Assembly: GCA_031401755.1 (NCBI GenBank)
Contig: JANNRU010000643.1
Location: 1-43,940, forward strand
Source: Acidobacteriota bacterium
GTDB lineage: Bacteria > Acidobacteriota > Polarisedimenticolia > Polarisedimenticolales > Polarisedimenticolaceae
Direction of reading: 5' to 3'
Length of the DNA: 43,940 nucleotides
In this document: positions 37,523-43,940 of the stretch, piece after piece
Numbering within the stretch: the first letter of the stretch is position 1
How the letters are laid out: each line of letters starts with the position of its first letter
Position numbers and translations under genes: made by a program
Notes under the pieces: generated by a model
What the model was told of the DNA's origin: nothing
Databases searched by the model: none
Seen by the model: only the letters and a program-made list of their open reading frames with translations

Positions 37523-39586
37523 CTACCGCACTTGCCCGAGGGCCTGGACGCGCACGCCGTCCGGCACCTCGAGTACCGAGAGGAAAGGCACAGACGGCAG
37601 CGCCGACTCGGTGAGCTGCCGCAGCAACGAGCGCGACTCGGCGCTCGGACAGAGCACGGCGGGCTGCACGCCCGGCGGCGCTTGCCTTAGCGCTGTCGCC
37701 ACGCGATGCACCAGACCGGCGGTCACCCGCGGGTCCGCGGGGCGCGGTTTGTTCCCCGTGCCGTCACCGAGCATTTCGCGCAGTTGACCTTCGACTTCGC
37801 TCGACAGCGTCACGACGTGCAAGGCGTCGCGCTCGAGCAGCGGCCCGACGAGCCACCGGCCGAGCGCCTGGCGTACGCGGGCCACGATTTCGCGCATGTC
37901 CTTGGTCGTTCCCGCAAGGTCGGCCATTGTCTCGCAGATCGTCATCAGATCGCGGATCGACACGCGTTCGCGGAGCAAGGACTGCAAGACCTTCTGCACC
38001 TGGCCGACGGTGTATCGCTCCGGAACAAGCTCTTCGACCAACTTGGGAGACTGCTTGGCCAGCAGGTCCAGCAGTCGCTGTGTCTCCTGCCGACCGAGCA
38101 GATCCGGAGCATGTCGTCGAACGACTTCCGACAAGTGTGTGGCCAACGTCGACGTACGATCGACGACGGTGTAGCCGACGCTCCGCGCACGATCAGATTG
38201 CGACTCATCGATCCAGAGCGCGTCGATGCCGAACGCCGGATCCTTGGTTTTTTCACCCTCGATCCGCTCCAGTGCGTCACCCGGGTCGATCGCCAGAACG
38301 CGCCGCCGCGGCAAGCGCGCTCGCCCGACCTCCGCACCGCGGAGCAGCAGCACATACTCGTCCGAGGCCAGCCGCAGATTGTCGCGGACGCGCACCGGCG
38401 GCACGACCATGCCCAGATCGAGCGCGACTTGCCGTCGGATGCCGCGAATCCGGTCGAGCAACCCGCCGGCGCGATCGGAGCCGGCGAGCTCCACCAAGTC
38501 GTAGCCGACCTCGATCGTCAGCGGATCGACCGCGAGCAAGGGCTCGATCGGTTCTTCGGGGGCTGCGACTGCGGGACCCGGCAACGCGGCCACGCGTTGC
38601 GCCTCGTCGCGCTCTTGTTTTCGGAGTCCAGAGGCGAACCAGCCGATCACCCCAGCCAGCGAGAGGAACGCGATCGTCGGCAACCCGGGAACGAGCGCCA
38701 GTGCCCCGAGCGATCCGGCAGCGACCGCGAGTGGCCGCGGGTTGGACAGCAGTTGGCTGGCCAAATGCCCCGACAACTCTTGGTTGCTGCCCGAGCGCGT
38801 GGTGATCAAGGCTCCGGCCACCGAGGTCAACAGTGCCGGTACCGCGGTGACCAGACCGTCGCCCACCGTCAGGACCGTGTAGGTATGCAACGCGTCGAGT
38901 GGTGCCATTCCGGCCTGCAGGATGCCGACGCCGAGACCGGCAATGATGTTGATGGCGACGATGATCAGCGAGGCGATCGCGTCTCGCTGCGTGAACTTCA
39001 CGGCGCCGTCCATCGAGCCGTAGAAATCGGCTTCGTCCTGGATGCGCTGCCGGCGTTCGCGGGCCTCGGTCTCGTCGATCAGCCCGGCGTTCAGGTCGGC
39101 GTCGATGGCCATCTGTTTGCCGGGCATCGCGTCCAACGTGAAGCGCGCGGCCACCTCGCTGATCCGGTTCGCGCCGTGGTTGATGACGATGAACTGCACC
39201 GCCAGCAACACGAGGAAGATCACGATGCCGACGATCAAGTTGCCGCCGACTACGAACTGTCCAAAGGCCTCGATGACGCTACCGGCGGCGTGGGTGCCCT
39301 CGGAGCCGTGCAGCAGGATCCGCCGGGTCGAGGCGATGTTCAGGGCCAGCCGAAACACGGTCACGAGCAACAGCACGGACGGAAAGACCGAAAAGTCCAG
39401 CGGACTTCGAATGTGCAGCGCGGTCAGCAGGACGATCATGCCGATCGAAATACTCAAGCTGACCAAGAGATCGAGAATCAGCGGCGGCAGCGGGATGAGC
39501 ATCACCGCGACCAGCCCGACGATCGCGATCGGAACCCCGATGCGGGTCACAGGGGCGATCTCCGCCACCACCTCGGTCGGCTTCAC
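37523..39586 (-). CDS. flhA: Flagellar export gate protein FlhA
   Basis: 687 aa. FHIPEP-family N-terminal TM domain (FPSVLLLVTVFRLALNIASTRRILL, GNLIVGIVIFLVL). Cytoplasmic C-terminal domain. Confidence 0.95.
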   Translation of the reverse strand: MKPTEVVAEIAPVTRIGVPIAIVGLVAVMLIPLPPLILDLLVSLSISIGMIVLLTALHIRSPLDFSVFPSVLLLVTVFRLALNIASTRRILLHGSEGTHAAGSVIEAFGQFVVGGNLIVGIVIFLVLLAVQFIVINHGANRISEVAARFTLDAMPGKQMAIDADLNAGLIDETEARERRQRIQDEADFYGSMDGAVKFTQRDAIASLIIVAINIIAGLGVGILQAGMAPLDALHTYTVLTVGDGLVTAVPALLTSVAGALITTRSGSNQELSGHLASQLLSNPRPLAVAAGSLGALALVPGLPTIAFLSLAGVIGWFASGLRKQERDEAQRVAALPGPAVAAPEEPIEPLLAVDPLTIEVGYDLVELAGSDRAGGLLDRIRGIRRQVALDLGMVVPPVRVRDNLRLASDEYVLLLRGAEVGRARLPRRRVLAIDPGDALERIEGEKTKDPAFGIDALWIDESQSDRARSVGYTVVDRTSTLATHLSEVVRRHAPDLLGRQETQRLLDLLAKQSPKLVEELVPERYTVGQVQKVLQSLLRERVSIRDLMTICETMADLAGTTKDMREIVARVRQALGRWLVGPLLERDALHVVTLSSEVEGQLREMLGDGTGNKPRPADPRVTAGLVHRVATALRQAPPGVQPAVLCPSAESRSLLRQLTESALPSVPFLSVLEVPDGVRVQALGQVR

Positions 39587-40683
39587 TGACGACCTCCATC
39601 AGACTGCGCGTCGGTGTCTGGCGCCGACGAACGTGCGGGCTTGCGCCGCAAGACCAACGCGAGCAGTTCGGCGACGGCGCGGAACAGTTGCGGCGGGATG
39701 AATCCACCTACCGCGACCGACCGATAGAGCGCTCGCGCCAGCGGGGGGTCGGAGAGCACCGGCACGCGATGCTCCGCCGCGACCTCGCGGATCTTCTGCG
39801 CGATCCGCCCGCGACCCTTGGCCAGGAGTCGCGGCACCTCGTCTTCGCCGGGCACGTAGCGCAACGCGATTGCGTAGTGCGTCGGGTTGGTCACGACCAC
39901 GGTCGCCTTCGCCACATCGGTCATCATTCGCGAGCGGGCGAGCGTCATCTGACGCGACCGCACGCGAGCCTTGACCATCGGATCGCCTTCCTGTTCCCGC
40001 CGCTCGTCCTTGATTTCCTGCTTGGTCATCCGCAGTTGCCGCACGTGGTCCCAGCGGACGAAGAGCCAGTCGAGAACGGCGAGCATCAGCGCGAGCAGGA
40101 CCACGCGAAAGATGACCCGGCCGCTGACCGCCGCGATGCCGTAGAAAACTCCAGCACCGCCCGTCCCGCCGACGAGCCCCTCGGCGAGCGCGTCCCGCGC
40201 CGCGCTGACCGCGACCGCGGTGTAGAGCGTCATCTTCAGCATCAGCTTCGGAATTTCGATCCAACTGCGCAGCCGCAGCAATTTCGACAAGCCACTGGTC
40301 GGTGAGATTCGCGAGAACTTCGGACGCAGCGGCTCGAAGGAAAACGAGGGCCGGTCCTGGATGAAGTTCCCGGCGACGCCAGCCACCGCTATCGCGCCGA
40401 GCGGTGCGAAGATCAACGAGCCTGTGACCAGCGCCAGATCGTGCATCATCACGATGAGCGTCGCGTCGTCGAGGTCCCGCAGTACCAGTCCGCGCAGGGA
40501 GCGCGCCATCGCGTCTTCGAGCTGGGCGATCCAGCTCGGCCCGGCGAGACGCGCAAACAGCAGGAATGCGCCGAGCGTCAGCGCTGCAGGGAGCTCCTTG
40601 GACCGGGCGACGTTCCCGTCTCGCCGGGCGCGCTCGATGCGCCGGCCTGTCGGTTTCTCGGTACGTTGGGCGCGATCGGCCAT
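39583..40683 (-). CDS. flhB: Flagellar export switch protein FlhB
   Basis: N-terminus RTEKPTGRRIERARRDGNVARSKEL. Autocleavage motif VVVTNPTHYAIALRY. The stop overlaps the flhA start. Confidence 0.95.
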   Translation of the reverse strand: MADRAQRTEKPTGRRIERARRDGNVARSKELPAALTLGAFLLFARLAGPSWIAQLEDAMARSLRGLVLRDLDDATLIVMMHDLALVTGSLIFAPLGAIAVAGVAGNFIQDRPSFSFEPLRPKFSRISPTSGLSKLLRLRSWIEIPKLMLKMTLYTAVAVSAARDALAEGLVGGTGGAGVFYGIAAVSGRVIFRVVLLALMLAVLDWLFVRWDHVRQLRMTKQEIKDERREQEGDPMVKARVRSRQMTLARSRMMTDVAKATVVVTNPTHYAIALRYVPGEDEVPRLLAKGRGRIAQKIREVAAEHRVPVLSDPPLARALYRSVAVGGFIPPQLFRAVAELLALVLRRKPARSSAPDTDAQSDGGRQ

Positions 40684-40692
40684 GCTCGCCGT

Positions 40693-41487
40693 CTACCTTC
40701 CGCCGAGGGCGGCGATGACCATCGCCCCGTCCTGCGCGATCATCCGCCCGAGTCCGCCGATCGCGGTTCCGGTCGTCACTGCCAGCAGCCCCATGGCCGC
40801 GAGCCCCGCGCCGAGCTTGAGCGGGTAGGCGACCATCAGGATCGGCACCTGCGGCATCGCGCGCCCGACCAACGCCACAACCAGATCGACCAGGAACGTC
40901 ACGACGAGCGCCGGCGCGGCCAGCTCGACCGTCAACGAGAACAGGCGCGCCCCGAAGCTTGCGGTCAGCGCTCCCAGGCCGCCGACCGCCGGCAAAGCCG
41001 CCGCCGACGGAAGCAGTTCGTAACTCGCAACGATGGCGCGGATGAACACGTGGTGCAGATCCGCGGCCAGGAACAAAGCGATGGCGAGCAAGTTCTGGAA
41101 CAAGGTGGGAGCCAAAGACTGGTCCCCCGATGTCGGGTCGATCATGTTCGCCAACGCGAAACCGGCCTGCGCGGCGACGAGTGAGGCCGCCCCTTCGATC
41201 CCGACGAAGATCATCCGCGCGGCGAGACCAAGCCCGAACCCCACCGACAATTCGCGAACCGCCACCAACACCCAGCCGACGGCGTCGCTCGGAATCGCGT
41301 CCAGGCGCGGTACGTAAGGAAGGAACGCAAACGCTAGGACCGAAGCGATGGCCCCCCGAATGCGAATCGGCACCACCTCGGAGCTGAAGATCGGCACGAA
41401 CAAGAACAACCCGATCACCCGCAGCCACACGACCGCGTAGTGCGCCCCATACCCGTAAAGGTCGAGCGTATCCATGGCTTCCAGCAT
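40693..41487 (-). CDS. fliR: Flagellar export apparatus protein FliR
   Basis: Polytopic membrane protein with a FliR-like start: VVWLRVIGLFLFVPIFSSEVVPIRIRGAIA. The start is ambiguous (ATG at 41487 or 41475, or the track start at 41556). No fliP or fliQ lies upstream. Confidence 0.8.
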   Translation of the reverse strand: MLEAMDTLDLYGYGAHYAVVWLRVIGLFLFVPIFSSEVVPIRIRGAIASVLAFAFLPYVPRLDAIPSDAVGWVLVAVRELSVGFGLGLAARMIFVGIEGAASLVAAQAGFALANMIDPTSGDQSLAPTLFQNLLAIALFLAADLHHVFIRAIVASYELLPSAAALPAVGGLGALTASFGARLFSLTVELAAPALVVTFLVDLVVALVGRAMPQVPILMVAYPLKLGAGLAAMGLLAVTTGTAIGGLGRMIAQDGAMVIAALGGR

Positions 41488-41596
41488 CCGATCCACAGGC
41501 GTCACCCCATCCCCAGCAGAGCAACGCCCGTACCGAGTCATGGGGTTCGACACCATTTCCGCAAAGGGCTTGTTTTCATAGACTTATGCTCTAGGT

Positions 41597-41614
41597 GCAG
41601 CACCGGAGTTGCCG
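41597..41614 (-). promoter_or_regulatory. Weak sigma54-like promoter candidate upstream of fliR
   Basis: The minus strand reads CGGCAACTCCGGTGCTGC. GG-N10-GC spacing is kept, with GGCAA for GGCAC and GTGCT for TTGCT. It lies in the divergent fliR/ccmH-like intergenic region. Confidence 0.2.
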
Positions 41615-41711
41615 GAGTCCCGACGAATGAGGTGGCGTCGACGGCCGGATTCTTGACGGGGGGCAGGGGGAGAGATTGGCGGGTCGGGAACTGAAGTCCG
41701 AGAATGCCTCC

Positions 41712-42200
41712 ATGTCCTCCGATCGATCGACGCGATGGTTCGCTTGGCTCTCGGCGTTCGTGGTGGCGGCGGTCCTGTTGGCAGCGACCCCCGGACGCGC
41801 CGAGAGTCTTGAGGTTCGAGCGCAGTCGCTCGAGGCCAAGCTGATGGCGCCTTGCTGCGGTGGGGGAACGGTCCGCAACCACGAGTCGGGTGCGACTGCC
41901 CGCATGCGCCAAGAGATCCGCCAGATGCTGGCGGCCGGTCGCAACGAGCAGGAGATTCTCGACCACTATGTGGCCGAGCACGGGACCTCGGTCCTCGCCG
42001 CCCCGCCACCGGTCGGCTTCAACTTGTTGGCCTACGTGTTCGCCCCGCTGTTCATGCTCGGCGGGGCCGTCCTGCTCTTCGTGATGCTCCGCCGCTGGCG
42101 CTCGAGGCCGGTGCTGTCCGACGGCACCGCAAGCCCGGCACCGCCGGTCGATCCGGTTTACCTGGAACGGCTACAACGGGAGCTGCGCGAGCGCGGTTGA
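41712..42200 (+). CDS. CcmH/NrfF-family cytochrome c biogenesis-like protein with a vicinal Cys-Cys in place of CxxC
   Basis: Signal peptide WFAWLSAFVVAAVLLAATPGRA. LMAPCCGGGTVRNHES...MRQEIRQMLAAGRNEQEILDHYVAEHG parallels the CcmH region LRCPxCQNQS...EIxxMLxxGxSDxEIxxYMVxRYG. C-terminal TM. An alternative TTG start is at 41676. Confidence 0.65.
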   Translation: MSSDRSTRWFAWLSAFVVAAVLLAATPGRAESLEVRAQSLEAKLMAPCCGGGTVRNHESGATARMRQEIRQMLAAGRNEQEILDHYVAEHGTSVLAAPPPVGFNLLAYVFAPLFMLGGAVLLFVMLRRWRSRPVLSDGTASPAPPVDPVYLERLQRELRERG

Positions 42201-42217
42201 TCGCTGCCGCAGCGGAA

Positions 42218-43213
42218 TCACGGCTCCAGCACCGCGCGATAGCGCACGCGGCCCTCGGCCAGTCGCTCGCGCACGTCGTTGGCTCGGTCGAGCGGGTAGC
42301 GCTCGATCCAGGGCTTGACCTTGCCCGAGGCGACCAGATCGAGTGCCTCGACCAGATCGCGCCGGTCGTTTTGCATGCTGCCGACCAGGCGTAGCTGACG
42401 ACTGAGCATCAGTAGCGAGTCGGCCTGAATCGGGCCGTCGAGTGCACCCATGTTCACCAGGCGCCCCTCGGGCCGTAGGCCGCCCAGTGCTTGGGTTGCA
42501 TGGGCCGCCGAGTTCGTCGTGGCCAGGATCACATCCGCGCCCCCCGCGGCGAGAAGTGCTGCGCCGAGGTCGCCCTCGGCAACGATCACCTCGTCGGCAC
42601 CGAGCTTGCGCGCGTCGTCACGCTTGGCCGCGGTGCCCGTGAGCGCCAAGACCTCGAGGCCGAGCACGTGGGCGTACTGGATCGCCAAGTGCCCAAGCCC
42701 GCCGATCCCGAGCACCGCGACGCGATCGCCGGGGCGCGGGTCGGCGTTGCGCAAGCCACTCATCACGGTGAATCCGGCGCAGAAAATCGGTGCCGCCTCG
42801 ACTTCGTCCAGACCCGCGGGCAACAGCGTGCAGCCCGACGCCCAGGCCAGCATGCGCTCTGAGTTCCCCCCGCCGAGATGCATCCAAGTCTGGCCCTCGG
42901 CGCAGTAGATCTCGCGTTTTTCCTGGCAGTGTTGGCATCGTCCGCAGCTGTGCTGGGACCAACTCACGCCGACGCGATCCCCGACGGCGAAGCCCGTAAC
43001 CCCGGGACCCACCTCGTCGATCGTCCCGACCGGCTCGTGGCCGAGAACCTTAGGTAACTCGACGGGCATGTGACCCCGATGCACATGAATGTCGGTTCCG
43101 CACATTCCGCTGGCACGGATGCGGATCGCGACCTGGCCCGGGCCGGGTCGCGGGTCAGGAAGCGATTCGAAGGACCAGGGTTGGTCATAGGCCTTGAGCA
43201 CGGCGGCGCGCAT
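42218..43213 (-). CDS. Zinc-dependent alcohol dehydrogenase (MDR superfamily)
   Basis: GMCGTDIHV and GHEPVGTIDEVG (catalytic Zn). CGRCQHCQ...C (structural Zn). VLGIGGLGHLA (Rossmann fold). Confidence 0.9.
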   Translation of the reverse strand: MRAAVLKAYDQPWSFESLPDPRPGPGQVAIRIRASGMCGTDIHVHRGHMPVELPKVLGHEPVGTIDEVGPGVTGFAVGDRVGVSWSQHSCGRCQHCQEKREIYCAEGQTWMHLGGGNSERMLAWASGCTLLPAGLDEVEAAPIFCAGFTVMSGLRNADPRPGDRVAVLGIGGLGHLAIQYAHVLGLEVLALTGTAAKRDDARKLGADEVIVAEGDLGAALLAAGGADVILATTNSAAHATQALGGLRPEGRLVNMGALDGPIQADSLLMLSRQLRLVGSMQNDRRDLVEALDLVASGKVKPWIERYPLDRANDVRERLAEGRVRYRAVLEP

Positions 43214-43321
43214 GATGTTCCCTCAGCGACGGTTTGGGCGCAGACCTCATGATAACCGGCCGACCCGGGAATCGCCCCCGCAACGGGACGCGAAAGCCGA
43301 CTTCGGCTACCTTCATCGGCG

Positions 43322-43940
43322 ATGATCCCACTCCACACACGGGGCTTCGCAGCGGCTGTTCTCTTCTCGCTCACGAGCAATATCGGCGCAGCACCGGCTG
43401 CGGTGCTTCCCGAGGATGCGCTCGTGTCGACCACGCTCGACAACGGCATGCGCGTGTCGATTCTCGCCGATCCGGCAAGCCCGATCGTCGCCACCCAGAT
43501 CTGGTACCACGTCGGCTCGGCCAACGAAGAACCCCACACGCGCGGCTTTGCCCACCTCTTCGAGCATTTGATGTTCGGCGGGACCGTCAACCACCCGAAG
43601 CGCTCTTACTGGGAGCTGCACGAACGCCTGGGCGGCGAGAACAACGCCTTCACCAGCGACGACGTCACCGCCTACCTGTCGGTGGTGCCGTCCAACCACC
43701 TGGAAACACTGCTCTGGGCCGAGGCCGAGCGCATGGCCCACCTGAACGTCGACGAAGCCACCTTCAAGTCCGAGCGCGCTGTCGTGCAGGAAGAGTTCCG
43801 CCAGCGCGTTCTGGCCTCGCCCTACGGCCGTTTCTACAACGCGTGGGGACCGTCGTCCTATCTGGTGGACCCGTACCGGTTCGGCGTCATCGGCAGCATT
43901 GCCGATCTCGATGCGGCAGCGCTGGCCGACGTGGTGGCCT
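43322..43940 (+). CDS. M16 (pitrilysin/insulinase) family zinc peptidase, 3' end beyond the window
   Basis: My own translation from the ATG at 43322: signal-like MIPLHTRGFAAAVLFSLTSNIGAAPA, inverted zinc motif FAHLFEHLMFGG (HxxEH), then NAFTSDDVTAY. The frame stays open to base 43940, so it is absent from the ORF track. Confidence 0.85.
   Translation, partial: MIPLHTRGFAAAVLFSLTSNIGAAPAAVLPEDALVSTTLDNGMRVSILADPASPIVATQIWYHVGSANEEPHTRGFAHLFEHLMFGGTVNHPKRSYWELHERLGGENNAFTSDDVTAYLSVVPSNHLETLLWAEAERMAHLNVDEATFKSERAVVQEEFRQRVLASPYGRFYNAWGPSSYLVDPYRFGVIGSIADLDAAALADVVA

Noticed and set aside
37706-39589. 627-aa plus-strand ORF antisense to flhA
   Set aside because: FlhA on the minus strand is certain. 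The antisense product is low-complexity (Arg/Gln/Asp/Gly-rich) and has no start context. High-GC artefact.
39599-41524. 641-aa minus-strand ORF spanning flhB and fliR in another frame
   Set aside because: It is out of frame with two clearly identified genes. Its composition is extreme in Arg/Gly/Ala/Pro. It cannot coexist with them as a real gene.
1-43940. Search for CRISPR arrays, tRNA/rRNA genes, IS elements, integrases other than XerC, prophage genes or long direct repeats flanking the lower-G+C islet
   Set aside because: Reading by eye, I found no repeat-spacer periodicity, cloverleaf-like segments, transposase or phage motifs, or flanking direct repeats. A computational repeat/tRNA scan would be needed to exclude short or degenerate ones.

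Overview
This is a visibly high-G+C chromosomal segment from a flagellated diderm bacterium. L- and P-ring genes are present, and flagellar regulation combines FlhF/FlhG/FliA with FliW/CsrA. The lineage cannot be determined by eye. Left arm (1-9.9 kb): housekeeping genes, namely mfd, two SurA/parvulin-like chaperones, an Hfq-like Sm protein, start/stop-coupled trmFO-xerC-suhB, and a DsbA-like lipoprotein. 10.0-17.4 kb looks accessory. It holds a lower-G+C islet with an XRE-HTH/TPR regulator flanked by small secreted proteins, then an MglA-family GTPase fused to a GAF-like domain and translationally coupled to a soluble hybrid histidine kinase. 17.4-21.3 kb: an orphan fliL, an orphan sigma28-type promoter, an operon of ECF sigma, small membrane protein and CmpX-like channel, a DUF481 outer-membrane barrel, and mscL. 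21.4-41.6 kb (all minus strand): a 20-kb flagellar supercluster, fliR-flhB-flhA-flhF-flhG-fliA-fliM-fliN-orf | flgF-flgG-flgA-flgH-flgI-flgJ-flgM-flgN-flgK-flgL-fliW-csrA. Through overlapping start/stop codons it runs on into a receiver-fused GspE/PilB-type ATPase and an HDOD protein. Right end: a CcmH-like protein, a Zn alcohol dehydrogenase and an M16 peptidase truncated at its 3' end. I recognised no rRNA, tRNA, CRISPR array, transposase or phage genes. Most long track ORFs that overlap the called genes are high-GC antisense or out-of-frame artefacts. The best candidates for undescribed biology are (1) the MglA-GAF/hybrid-kinase pair with the adjacent islet of regulator and secreted proteins, and (2) the csrA-coupled REC-ATPase/HDOD pair.
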